Virus genome (UHGV): UHGV-0383738
Source: a virus
Reading direction: 5' to 3' (one strand)
DNA: 43,241 nt
Under the pieces are notes generated by a model, which was given only the letters and a program-made list of their open reading frames with translations, had not been told where the DNA came from and made no database searches. A program made the translations under genes and the position numbers. Shown here piece after piece: positions 33,593-41,871 of this stretch (position 1 is its first letter; every line of letters begins with the position of its first letter).

Positions 33593-33733
33593 TTATGTCA
33601 GATTACGTCTCCACTCTTTATGTTTTAAGCGTTCATTTTCCTTAACTTGTTGTCCATATCCGACCACAAGAACAATGTTCACAGCAACAGAAAATCCCAA
33701 TAATACTCCTAATATAGCTAATACAACAATCAT
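33593..33733 (-). CDS. Possible small membrane peptide (46 aa: MIVVLAILGVLLGFSVAVNIVLVVGYGQQVKENERLKHKEWRRNLT).
   Basis: Not in the ORF track. RBS GAGGAAGG lies upstream. One TM segment plus a basic tail. Confidence 0.35.
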   Translation of the reverse strand: MIVVLAILGVLLGFSVAVNIVLVVGYGQQVKENERLKHKEWRRNLT

Positions 33734-33784
33734 CTTATTTCCTTCCTCTGGTTCTCCCGAAAATTAAAATAGCTACTATTGCTA

Positions 33785-33918
33785 TTGAATAGTTGCTTTA
33801 AAGCTGTTATAATTGAATCAAATAACAGGGAACGCAAAGCCGCCAGCAGACCCTTGTGTGGTTGAAATTCCACACCCGCTAGTGAAAACGTCGGGCAGAG
33901 CCGTAAGGCTCTTTTTTG
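33785..33918 (+). ncRNA. Candidate small RNA. Promoter TTGAAT-17-TATAAT (33785-33813), then ~100 nt containing hairpin GUGUGG-N8-CCACAC, ending in terminator AGAGCC-GUAA-GGCUCU-U6 (33897-33918).
   Basis: A promoter and an intrinsic terminator on the plus strand bracket an ORF-free stretch between two minus-strand genes. Confidence 0.3.
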
Positions 33919-33930
33919 TTCCCTTAAATT

Positions 33931-34143
33931 TTAAAGCTTGTCTAACAGTTTTCTAAATTCCTTCGATGGTCTCCTAACCTGTTCCCATGCCAGTTCTGCA
34001 CCGCAGTAGGGACAGCATTTATACTCCTCTGCCACGCCCATTCCGCAGGAACACTCATATTCCGGTTTCATGGGTTTTGAACCCTGGCTGGAATATGCAA
34101 CAATCTCCGGCACGACCACTTTAATCAGTCTTAATTTTCTCAT
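33931..34143 (-). CDS. Zinc-ribbon small protein (CSCG ... CCPYCG).
   Basis: Two Cys pairs. It is a paralogous C-terminal CPYCG motif with 34188..34403. Confidence 0.5.
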   Translation of the reverse strand: MRKLRLIKVVVPEIVAYSSQGSKPMKPEYECSCGMGVAEEYKCCPYCGAELAWEQVRRPSKEFRKLLDKL

Positions 34144-34187
34144 TTCGTCACCTCAATCCTAATATTGCTTATGTCAGTTTTTGTGGA

Positions 34188-34403
34188 TTAAAGCTTATGC
34201 CCGCAGTACGGACAATACGCAATTCCATCCGCTGTATTTCCGTGTTTTTCGCTCCACCTCACCCAGTACCAATGTAAATCACTGAGCTGTTGGACAGCGA
34301 TTTGTTGCTTTTTCAAACTCGCATTATATTTTTCCAGCACTTTGCACTCGTGGCTCTCTATTACTTCCATAGGTCTGCTCATAATCTTCCCTTCCTCCGT
34401 CAA
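34188..34403 (-). CDS. Zinc-ribbon small protein (HEC...CPYCGHKL).
   Basis: ORF-track entry with a Cys/His motif. It lies directly downstream of the methyltransferase. Confidence 0.5.
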   Translation of the reverse strand: MTEEGKIMSRPMEVIESHECKVLEKYNASLKKQQIAVQQLSDLHWYWVRWSEKHGNTADGIAYCPYCGHKL

Positions 34404-34406
34404 ATA

Positions 34407-35255
34407 TTAATTTACTGTATCAAACATGCTGATTTGATCATCTGGCTCCCAGGACAGCATTTCAGTCTTTGCCCTTCGATAAAAAGTACGGTCAATCTCA
34501 AAGCCATATGCACTCCGTCCTAACTCATACGCAGCACGTAATGTACTTCCGCTTCCTGCGCAGGGGTCAATCACAACATCTCCCGGATCCGTAAAGACTT
34601 CTATCAGATATTTCAACACTTTTACCGGCTTTTGTGCCGGGTGGATTTTCGGAATGTCTTTCCCATCCCTCTCCCATCGGAACCAGTTAAACACCATATG
34701 CCCTGTACCAGGGATCGTCTTTCCATTCTCGTCCGTCCTCACGCCGTTTCTGAATTTTGGCAATCGGTCACGGTACAGCACAAGGGCATATTCTGTCGCG
34801 CCTACGATCCGCATATTTGCTTTTAACACCTGTGGGCTGTAATTCTTGCAGAAAACCAATGGTATGTAATTTACAAACCCATGTTTTTCTGCTGCCTTAA
34901 TCAATGTCTGGATCTGCTCGAAACTGCAAAATACGATCATGCACGGGCTATCGCTGCTGCGGCCACGCTGCACCGGTTTCACATCATCTTTTTTTAACAT
35001 CTTTGAGCAAAAGTGGAAATACTCAAAAAGATTGAAATTGAAGTCCGAGTTAAATGCCGCTTTCCCTGCCAGCCTGCTTTCCCCATTCCTGTTATCCCCT
35101 CCTTTGTACCACATTGGATTCGATCCATAAAAGTTATTTCCTACGTTATACGGTACATCCGCAATAATCAGCTGCGCTGGAGGGATTGCATATTTTTTGT
35201 AATTCTGCATATTGTCTCTGTATATCTCACATTTTACTTTTTTGGTGTATTTCAT
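34407..35255 (-). CDS. DNA methyltransferase, beta-class N6-adenine/N4-cytosine type (motif IV before motif I).
   Basis: IIADVPYN (DPPY-like motif IV) precedes VIDPCAGSGSTL (motif I FxGxG). Confidence 0.85.
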   Translation of the reverse strand: MKYTKKVKCEIYRDNMQNYKKYAIPPAQLIIADVPYNVGNNFYGSNPMWYKGGDNRNGESRLAGKAAFNSDFNFNLFEYFHFCSKMLKKDDVKPVQRGRSSDSPCMIVFCSFEQIQTLIKAAEKHGFVNYIPLVFCKNYSPQVLKANMRIVGATEYALVLYRDRLPKFRNGVRTDENGKTIPGTGHMVFNWFRWERDGKDIPKIHPAQKPVKVLKYLIEVFTDPGDVVIDPCAGSGSTLRAAYELGRSAYGFEIDRTFYRRAKTEMLSWEPDDQISMFDTVN

Positions 35256-35329
35256 TTTTTCAGAAAGAGCCGGGATATCCCATTACGGTGGCCACCGCTC
35301 CGGCCTCCTTTCTCAAATTTCGATTTAAT

Positions 35330-35581
35330 CTATTCGTTATATAACATACCTAACAGTTTCATACGCTCTACATACTCCTGTTTGGTCTGACGCACTTTCT
35401 TCTCATAGTCTGCCATAATCGCTCCCGTCAGCCTATCCACTGCCTCGCGTCTTTTCCACAAATGTTCCGCTCGGCAGCCTTTTACCAGGATATTGTTAAG
35501 TCCCATCCGGCTCATTCCGGTTACTTCGCACAGGCCATTGACCGTTAGACCCATTTTTTTGGCATACTCTTTTACCGTCAT
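35330..35581 (-). CDS. HTH DNA-binding protein (83 aa), first gene of the HTH-methyltransferase pair.
   Basis: MTVKEYAKKMGLTVNGLCEVTGMSRMGLNNIL HTH. RBS GGGAG. Confidence 0.6.
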   Translation of the reverse strand: MTVKEYAKKMGLTVNGLCEVTGMSRMGLNNILVKGCRAEHLWKRREAVDRLTGAIMADYEKKVRQTKQEYVERMKLLGMLYNE

Positions 35582-35809
35582 GCAGTCTCACTCCCTTCTG
35601 CTTTACGTTTTTGATTGATTTTGTAAATAACGATATAGTGGATGTGCGCCAGACCGGAACCCCTGGCCGTATGGTCCTCCATTCTCTCTCCATAGGCACA
35701 TCCGCTGCTGGTCTTACTGGTTGTGCATACACCAGAGCCATGCCAGCTATCTTTACGCAGTCACGGTCCTGCGAATCAGGTACCGGTATGCGCTGCTGCG
35801 TTATAAGCA

Positions 35810-36076
35810 TTACACGGGCATCTGGTATGGACAAGGACTCCCCAGGTAACACCGGTCCATAAACCCCTCCGTTTCACCGCTCTCCAGCGCTTTAATAGCC
35901 ATCTCGTAAACCTGTATCTGCCTCTCTGCCTCTGCTATAAAAGCTATTTTTTCTGGTATCGTGTTTCCGACAATTCCAGTGCGTACCATTTGCTCCCATC
36001 CCTTATCTGTAGTTTGGTATCGGTATGTATTAATGTGCTCCTGTAATATCGCAATTGCTCCCTGTCTATCTATCAT
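35810..36076 (-). CDS. Hypothetical small protein (88 aa).
   Basis: ORF-track entry. It overlaps the DUF551 stop by 4 nt. Confidence 0.5.
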   Translation of the reverse strand: MIDRQGAIAILQEHINTYRYQTTDKGWEQMVRTGIVGNTIPEKIAFIAEAERQIQVYEMAIKALESGETEGFMDRCYLGSPCPYQMPV

Positions 36077-36525
36077 TCCTCTGCCTCCTTATATGGCTCC
36101 GGCAATGGCATCCAGGCCAACACTTTCATTGGTTCTGCCTTATCGTTATGAAAATTTTTCACCCCGAACCGCTCAAAATAAAATGCTCTATCTGTCACGA
36201 TATATGCATTTCCCTCTGCATTCCTCTTCTGTGCAGATACCAACACCGGGACTACTGCATATTCTCCTCGTTCTTTGATTGCGCTTTGAAGCTCTGATTC
36301 TGGTAGCCGCTCCGCCACCGGAATCCACTTATGCAGCATCCCCTCTATTTCCTCTGGTTCCAATCCAGTGTTTTCGTAGCGTGACAGTTTTTCAACACAT
36401 GCCGTAGCCTCAAACTCCCCGCGGCACCAATATCCAGTTAATTTGTCTGCTCTTTTTCCCTCCGCTCCGTGCGGAAATTCCTCGTTTGTTGTCAGTCTAT
36501 TCATCTTTATTCCTCCACGCACCAC
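36073..36525 (-). CDS. DUF551-type phage protein, paralog 2.
   Basis: Shares YENTGLEPEEI, WIPVAERLP and a C-terminal AWMPLPEPY with 41872..42306. Confidence 0.6.
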   Translation of the reverse strand: MVRGGIKMNRLTTNEEFPHGAEGKRADKLTGYWCRGEFEATACVEKLSRYENTGLEPEEIEGMLHKWIPVAERLPESELQSAIKERGEYAVVPVLVSAQKRNAEGNAYIVTDRAFYFERFGVKNFHNDKAEPMKVLAWMPLPEPYKEAEE

Positions 36526-36830
36526 TCAATATCCCATTTGATTCTCTGCCCACAGTGTCCACAATATGGATAATTTGAATTAACCCCTTCACCGCAAGAT
36601 GGGCACAATCCGATATTCTCTTTGTCTTTAATAAAACACCTTTCATCCTCTGGTTTTTTTGCTATCTGTTTCTGTAGAGCTGATATGACAGCCTCAACAT
36701 TTTTCAATGGTATATGTCTAAATGACTTAACCTCTTGGCATCCCATCAATTTTGCATTTTCAACTACCATTGATAGGTCTTTCGCGATTCCTTCTTCAAT
36801 CATCCCTCTACCTCCTCCGGTTTTCCACAC
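36507..36830 (-). CDS. Protein with a C-terminal zinc ribbon (CPSCG...CGHCG).
   Basis: Cys motifs in the translation. Confidence 0.5.
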   Translation of the reverse strand: MWKTGGGRGMIEEGIAKDLSMVVENAKLMGCQEVKSFRHIPLKNVEAVISALQKQIAKKPEDERCFIKDKENIGLCPSCGEGVNSNYPYCGHCGQRIKWDIEWCVEE

Positions 36831-37501
36831 CGCTCAAATTCTATCACCCATACCCAGGGGTTGGCGGTCCATCCATAACGGTCAATATTTAACTTATCAA
36901 CCGTAGAATCCCATAGTTGCGAAAAAACATACTGCTGTTCCTGCCCATTCAATACATGAGGATGCTCTGTTTTAACCCCTTCCTTTTCTATCTGGTCGAG
37001 TGTTATCTTCTGCAACCTCTCCACCCTCACATCTGTCACTTTTAGCCAGATGCGAGCTGCTTCCTTTGGCATATGGATTGATGGGTGCCACTTATGCATT
37101 GACGGCGGAAACGTATCGTCTTCTGTGGTTCCGTAGTCTGTTCGATATACAAAACATCCTGGTGCTCCTTTATATGTATCCGGCGCCGGAGTATTACACA
37201 CATCTGCACATCTTGTACAAGGATTAAATCCCCATGTTTCCCGGACATACAGAATATCACCAGCGGCATATGGAGCGTGTATCCAGGAGCCTCCTCGCAT
37301 CGGTATTACTCCATAGCCGCATTGACGACAAGCCCACTCATTTCCTCCCATATCCCAGAATCCCTTTTCGTGGCTACATTCACATTCTGTTCCTTCTAAG
37401 GATATTTCAAATTGCGGCTTAATCACTCTCCTGGTAACTGTCTTACACCCCTCCAGGATTGCCTGAACCATATCGCCGTTAAATAATATCGGTCTTACCA
37501 T
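36800..37501 (-). CDS. ASCH-like domain protein (GxKTxTRR motif) with a Cys-rich insertion.
   Basis: The N-terminal ILFNGDMVQAILEGCKTVTRRV matches the ASCH GxKxxxxR signature. Many Cys follow (CECSH...CRQCG...CTRCADVC). Confidence 0.45.
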   Translation of the reverse strand: MVRPILFNGDMVQAILEGCKTVTRRVIKPQFEISLEGTECECSHEKGFWDMGGNEWACRQCGYGVIPMRGGSWIHAPYAAGDILYVRETWGFNPCTRCADVCNTPAPDTYKGAPGCFVYRTDYGTTEDDTFPPSMHKWHPSIHMPKEAARIWLKVTDVRVERLQKITLDQIEKEGVKTEHPHVLNGQEQQYVFSQLWDSTVDKLNIDRYGWTANPWVWVIEFERCGKPEEVEG

Positions 37502-37518
37502 GACCTGCTCCTTCCTCG

Positions 37519-37710
37519 CTAAATGTGCGCTAAAGAATCAATGGCCTCCATAGCCTCTCGCAGGCTATCAAACACCATACCGTCATACAAGATATCATTA
37601 ATCCTGTACCCAAATTCATCACCATTGGATGGGTCGGCAATCCTCAATGCGCATATATCCATACCTTTGTATTCCATAATTTTTGCGTATCTATCATTCA
37701 GATGCTTCAT
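37519..37710 (-). CDS. Hypothetical small protein.
   Basis: ORF-track entry, tightly packed. Confidence 0.4.
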   Translation of the reverse strand: MKHLNDRYAKIMEYKGMDICALRIADPSNGDEFGYRINDILYDGMVFDSLREAMEAIDSLAHI

Positions 37711-37907
37711 TTCCCTTCCTCCCTTAAATACGTGTTTTGATTACTTGGACGCCTAGAAAAATCAGGACATATTTCAGTCCTATCATATGCCGGTCGAAGA
37801 AATGCTTTAGTCATAGGTGATGGGTATTTCTCCATTTCCTTAATCGCTGCCATTCTTTGACGTTCCGAATTCTCGCTATATTGATTTTTCATTTTGTTAT
37901 CTGGCAA
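37707..37907 (-). CDS. Hypothetical small protein.
   Basis: ORF-track entry, tightly packed. Confidence 0.4.
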   Translation of the reverse strand: MPDNKMKNQYSENSERQRMAAIKEMEKYPSPMTKAFLRPAYDRTEICPDFSRRPSNQNTYLREEGK

Positions 37908-37908
37908 T

Positions 37909-38160
37909 TCAATTCCCCCTTGCCTGAATGTTATCCTTGGTATCGCATGTGTAATGCATTCCTGGTATTGTTATAGTTCTAGGGCATTCATCCACATAAC
38001 CAATTAACCCTATCTCTTTCATATCTCGCAGATATCCCCAGATAGTAGAGCTTGACGTATAACCAACCCCGTCCCCTATTTCCCTGGTTGTGGGGGGATA
38101 ATCATGCTCTAACATGTATTGCTTTACATACACCAGAATTTTTTTATGTATTTCCTTCAT
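37909..38160 (-). CDS. LexA-type N-terminal winged-helix DNA-binding domain protein (no peptidase domain).
   Basis: ILVYVKQYMLEHDYPPTTREIGDGVGYTSSSTIWGYLRDMKEIGLI resembles LexA_DNA_bind. Confidence 0.55.
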   Translation of the reverse strand: MKEIHKKILVYVKQYMLEHDYPPTTREIGDGVGYTSSSTIWGYLRDMKEIGLIGYVDECPRTITIPGMHYTCDTKDNIQARGN

Positions 38161-38803
38161 TTGCTTCCTCCGCCACCCAGTCTTTTACCTGTTTTAACAT
38201 CAATGCATCATAGTCCATATCTCGCTGGTCAAAATTGTGAAACTGATTTTTACTGCCTTTGGCGGTCGATTCCTGCCGCTGGCTTCGTACCCAGGTCCTT
38301 ACCGAGGCTTTCCAGTCCTTCATCTTGTTTTTCCCAACCATCCATCCCTTTGATGCATAAAAATCAACAAAACTCTCTGGGTCAATGCCATATCCATTCA
38401 AAGTGCAATAATCGGAAACATCCGACACCGAAGGTGGAGTAAATGTTTTTTTATTATTATCATTTACATTATCCTTTTCCTTTACATTATCCTTTTCCTT
38501 AGGTTTTGCTTTGGTTATGGTTTGGTTATCACTTGGTTTATTATAATTTGATTCTAGGTTATTGTTTGGTTCTGGTTTGGTTACTGGCCTACCACCCTTA
38601 GTTCCGTTTTGGTATCTGCGATTATTCGCATCAATTTGTGGTTTTGCCATTAAAAACATTGCCGATGCAACACCTGCCGATTTAGGTTCTATTTCATCAA
38701 GTCCATATTCTAAGATTGCTGTAAGAGATTCCAATCTTTCTTTTTCCGGCAGCTGCTTAATGGCTTCCCAGAAGCTGCGATAAAATACAACACTATCTCT
38801 CAT
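38144..38803 (-). CDS. Phage replisome organizer / DnaD-like replication initiation protein.
   Basis: The N-terminal FYRSFWEAIKQLP..ERLE..AILEYGL (phage_rep_org_N-like) and a C-terminal GWMVGKNKMKDWKASVRTW region are separated by a low-complexity linker encoded by tandem repeats. Confidence 0.65.
   Translation of the reverse strand: MRDSVVFYRSFWEAIKQLPEKERLESLTAILEYGLDEIEPKSAGVASAMFLMAKPQIDANNRRYQNGTKGGRPVTKPEPNNNLESNYNKPSDNQTITKAKPKEKDNVKEKDNVNDNNKKTFTPPSVSDVSDYCTLNGYGIDPESFVDFYASKGWMVGKNKMKDWKASVRTWVRSQRQESTAKGSKNQFHNFDQRDMDYDALMLKQVKDWVAEEANEGNT
38463..38498. repeat. 18-bp perfect tandem duplication (TTTACATTATCCTTTTCC x2) inside the replisome organizer gene. It encodes KEKDNV x2.
   Basis: Seen directly. 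Confidence 0.8.
38505..38590. repeat. Six iteron-like TGGTT(A/C/T)T repeats around an AT-rich core. This is a candidate replication origin inside the initiator gene.
   Basis: TTGGTTAT, TTGGTTAT, TTGGTTTAT, AGGTTATT, TTGGTTCT and TTGGTTACT lie within 86 nt. The TTATAATTTGATTCTAGG core sits between them. Confidence 0.4.
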
Positions 38804-39174
38804 AACCCAGCTCCAAACATACTAATCTGACCGGGAATACCTTTATCTTTTTTCTTATTCCGGCTTATAAACAGCTGTGCGCCACGTTCTGCTGCCTTTA
38901 TACTCTTAGTCCTATTATTCTGGCTGACAAGCCATTTCTCTGTTTCTTGCCGTCCCTGTGCATCGTCACGGGGTATATAGTAACCTTTCCCTGTTGGCAA
39001 TGTAAGAATCACTTTATCGTGCCTTAATATCTCAATGGCGGTTCGTATATCTCTATCCGATTCCCCTATCTTGGATACCAGTTCATCTCTGTTCAATGCA
39101 TTCTCTTTACCTACAAGTAGCGCATTATATACCCTTGCTTGAACATCTTCACTAACAATTCGCTTATTCTTCAA
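38800..39174 (-). CDS. Winged-helix DNA-binding protein (124 aa, TTG start), coupled to the replisome organizer.
   Basis: RBS AGGAGG lies 6 nt before the TTG. ATGA overlap with 38144..38803. Confidence 0.55.
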   Translation of the reverse strand: MKNKRIVSEDVQARVYNALLVGKENALNRDELVSKIGESDRDIRTAIEILRHDKVILTLPTGKGYYIPRDDAQGRQETEKWLVSQNNRTKSIKAAERGAQLFISRNKKKDKGIPGQISMFGAGL

Positions 39175-39188
39175 ATAATCCCTCCTTT

Positions 39189-39224
39189 CGGGCCGGGTAA
39201 AGGAGGTTTGATAGGTCCCGGCCC
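39189..39224 (-). promoter_or_regulatory. GC-rich hairpin (GGGCCGGG/CCCGGCCC) whose loop carries an anti-SD (ACCUCCUUUA) able to pair with the adjacent SD of the 38800..39174 gene.
   Basis: Seen directly. There are two mutually exclusive pairings: hairpin, or anti-SD:SD. Confidence 0.4.
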
Positions 39225-39330
39225 AGGGTCAGAAAGTATATCATGACATATCAGCATTCTGACCAGTACTCATTTCCGTTGTATGTATCATCCCGCAAGG
39301 GGAATAGATACCAAAATATCAGTATTAACT

Positions 39331-39531
39331 TTAAGACTGCCCTGGGGCCTCAGACTTACCAGTGACCATCTCTCGTATGTATCGATGAGGCACGTTACAG
39401 TTTATTGCATTCATCACTAGTTCTGATTTTGTGCTCTCTCGCATGATTCTATAAAAATCCGAAAAAGTCACTTCCACTCTATCCTCTTTTGCAAATGCAT
39501 CTAAAATAGTTGCCATATGTTTTTTTTCCAT
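39331..39531 (-). CDS. Hypothetical small protein (66 aa).
   Basis: ORF-track entry. Confidence 0.45.
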   Translation of the reverse strand: MEKKHMATILDAFAKEDRVEVTFSDFYRIMRESTKSELVMNAINCNVPHRYIREMVTGKSEAPGQS

Positions 39532-39549
39532 CCTTTTCTTCTCAATATA

Positions 39550-40176
39550 TCAGTTATCAAACTTGATTCCGTACACCTTATATCTGTCCTCAAACGCTGT
39601 CATACCAATGCTATGCGCTTCTGTATGGTGCTGCCGGCATAAGCATATTTTCCGGTACTCCGAATCATCAACCTTCCTCCGGTCATTACCCATGCCGATA
39701 GTATCTACATGGTGTATCTCTCCATCTCGACCGCATATAGCACACTTACGAAGCTTTAAACACGCATACAGGTAATGTCCTATATCATCGGTACGGTTAA
39801 GAGCGAAATCCAACAACGGTATTCCCTGCTCCAGCGCATAATCCAACATAGTATTGATAAATTCCCTGGCAGTATCCATAGAGCAATCAGACAGTGAAAA
39901 ATATCCGCATCCGGTCCGGTTGATATGTAAATACTTAAGCCATTCTTTCTCGACCTCCGGCACATTCCCGGAATAAGCAGATATGTCGTTGACTGTGGCA
40001 TAAATCTTTCGGCGCTGGTCTGAACTGATGTGCCTGCCATCGTCAAGCCATATGCTGCAACTATTCATGTGCTTCTCAATAATCGGTTCCATGAGATTCT
40101 TTCCAGGAATAAATATCTGTAAATATGTTCCCTCAGGAACCAGCTTGTATGCTGTAATATCCGCTGACTCATGCAT
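39550..40176 (-). CDS. HNH-motif nuclease-like protein (CxxC ... HH ... CxC ... HHxxxH) with an N-terminal domain of unknown function.
   Basis: KCAICGRDGEIHHVDTIGMGNDRRKVDDSEYRKICLCRQHHTEAH. Confidence 0.6.
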   Translation of the reverse strand: MHESADITAYKLVPEGTYLQIFIPGKNLMEPIIEKHMNSCSIWLDDGRHISSDQRRKIYATVNDISAYSGNVPEVEKEWLKYLHINRTGCGYFSLSDCSMDTAREFINTMLDYALEQGIPLLDFALNRTDDIGHYLYACLKLRKCAICGRDGEIHHVDTIGMGNDRRKVDDSEYRKICLCRQHHTEAHSIGMTAFEDRYKVYGIKFDN

Positions 40177-40184
40177 ATAATCAC

Positions 40185-40883
40185 CTACTTAAACGGAAGT
40201 CCACATGTGTCCATATCTTCTGGTGGAGCAGTATTTTCACCAGAAGATTTATCTGGAGTACATTTAAATCTTGCAATACAATCTTTGTACTGAGACTCAA
40301 CCATATCACTGAATTTCTCTACACTATACATAGAGCAAATTGCCCTCCAATTCTTTCCCGTCCTGTTGCATTCTGCTATTAAATCATTTACCTGCACCTC
40401 AGTCAGTTTTTTTTCCTTACTAGATGTTTCTTCCTTTGACTCAGAATTATTTTCTTTATTGTACTTAGTCCGGTCTGAATCCCAATACACATCTGCGCCA
40501 ATCCCAAGCTGCTTACACGCTACCGATATAGCATCTGTGGTTGCCATCTTATAGCATTCGTCAGATACATAGATACCTGACTTCTCCTTTGATGCGAACA
40601 TACTCCCGCCGTTCCCAGGGATTGGTTTAGACCACTCCCCATCAACCTTTATATATAACTCGATATCCACGAAAGCTGCTATCTCATTACCCGATGTTTC
40701 TAACCACTTATTCGTTGGGATGTAGTACCATCCTATCCCACATGGTCCGAATTGCTCAGTAAGGACTTTTATGCGCCACATGGGATTAATATCGGTCATA
40801 CCACTGGTACGGCCTCCCTTAATGGTTTTCTTGGCGCTATCCGGGACAGAACGGACCTTTTCATATAAGTCAAGATTCCCCAT
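40185..40883 (-). CDS. Single-strand annealing protein, ERF-family-like.
   Basis: VPDSAKKTIKGGRTSGMTDINPMWRIKVLTEQFGPCGIGWYY matches the conserved N-terminal block of ERF-type recombinases as I recall it. Acidic C-terminal tail. Confidence 0.55.
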   Translation of the reverse strand: MGNLDLYEKVRSVPDSAKKTIKGGRTSGMTDINPMWRIKVLTEQFGPCGIGWYYIPTNKWLETSGNEIAAFVDIELYIKVDGEWSKPIPGNGGSMFASKEKSGIYVSDECYKMATTDAISVACKQLGIGADVYWDSDRTKYNKENNSESKEETSSKEKKLTEVQVNDLIAECNRTGKNWRAICSMYSVEKFSDMVESQYKDCIARFKCTPDKSSGENTAPPEDMDTCGLPFK

Positions 40884-41034
40884 CTTTGCCCTCCTTCATG
40901 AGCGTTCCAACTATATAGATGACAGCCATTTCAAGCTCCTTTCTTGCAACACTTCCAATAGGCAAGAGCGACTGTCTATCCCGGAGATAAGATACCATTG
41001 CAGTACCATCAATCGTCTTGTGTTCCAGATTCAT
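40870..41034 (-). CDS. Possible small ORF (54 aa, MNLEHKTIDGTAMVSYLRDRQSLLPIGSVARKELEMAVIYIVGTLMKEGKDGES) overlapping the ERF start.
   Basis: Not in the ORF track. AAGGAG lies 10 nt upstream. Confidence 0.25.
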   Translation of the reverse strand: MNLEHKTIDGTAMVSYLRDRQSLLPIGSVARKELEMAVIYIVGTLMKEGKDGES

Positions 41035-41150
41035 GTTTTATAATCTCCTTATAATGCTGTTTATGACGTTCTCTGTCCTTCCCCCTGCATTTATCACATT
41101 CTTTCCAATGTTCCGGGTCAAGAAAACATCCACAAGAATCACATTTAGAA

Positions 41151-41348
41151 TTATTCATCATGTGTTTTATCCTTAGGAACTTTAACCGGTACGCCTCTCA
41201 AAATACCAACCAGTACATTACGACTGGCATATTCATCGGTATCCAAAAAAATCAAAGCTGCATTTACCCGACATTCAAGCTCAATAAGCTTTCTATATTC
41301 ATTGGCAGAAATTTCAACTGTTCTTTCTTCCATCTTGCAAACCTCCAT
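41151..41348 (-). CDS. Hypothetical small protein (65 aa).
   Basis: ORF-track entry. Confidence 0.4.
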   Translation of the reverse strand: MEVCKMEERTVEISANEYRKLIELECRVNAALIFLDTDEYASRNVLVGILRGVPVKVPKDKTHDE

Positions 41349-41520
41349 AATCTCTGATATAATCAGACTGAGTTATTTTTTGTATCCGGTCGTTTAGCTC
41401 TGTCAAGCTGACGACCCTTTTTATTGGCTTACCATATCCGGTGTACCGACTGGCATTTGTCATTGCTCCGGCCCGGTTGGTGCCATTCCGACGGCGGCTC
41501 ATAATATCACCGCCACGCAT
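41314..41520 (-). CDS. Hypothetical small basic protein (68 aa).
   Basis: ORF-track entry. Confidence 0.4.
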   Translation of the reverse strand: MRGGDIMSRRRNGTNRAGAMTNASRYTGYGKPIKRVVSLTELNDRIQKITQSDYIRDYGGLQDGRKNS

Positions 41521-41625
41521 ATCACCAGCAATCCGCTTAAGACCATCACCGCAGCGGTCAAGCCGCGAATAATCATACGGTCTTTCTGCCGTGGGCTTAA
41601 GTGTGTTTTACCAACAGGTATGTAT

Positions 41626-41853
41626 TCAAGCTGTTTCAACAAATTTCATCTCCTTCCCGGTCAATTGCAGAAGTATCTGCAATTTTTCTATTGTCAGTTT
41701 TTGAGGGTTGGCTTTACGCTCTCTAAACGAGCTTGTACAAAAACCCAAATACAAGGCCAGCTCATTATCATCAAAGTTATTTCTTATTTTGGCTTCTTCT
41801 ATCAGCAACCGGATACTGTCCTTTTGCCATTCTGACGGCTTCTTAGATTTCAC
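41626..41853 (-). CDS. HTH DNA-binding protein (75 aa).
   Basis: DNELALYLGFCTSSFRERKANPQKLTIEKLQILLQLTG HTH-like. Confidence 0.5.
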   Translation of the reverse strand: MKSKKPSEWQKDSIRLLIEEAKIRNNFDDNELALYLGFCTSSFRERKANPQKLTIEKLQILLQLTGKEMKFVETA

Positions 41854-41871
41854 TCCACTTCCTCCTTAATA

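Noticed and set aside
35496-35862. 118-aa minus-strand and 83-aa plus-strand ORFs.
   Set aside because: Arg/Pro-rich, non-protein-like translations that overlap the bona fide HTH gene. The region is treated as non-coding or regulatory.
41035-41161. Cys-rich mini-ORF (MMNNSKCDSCGCF...CDKCRGK) between 41151..41348 and the 54-aa ORF.
   Set aside because: It overlaps neighbours in other frames and has no clear RBS. It is possible but unsupported.
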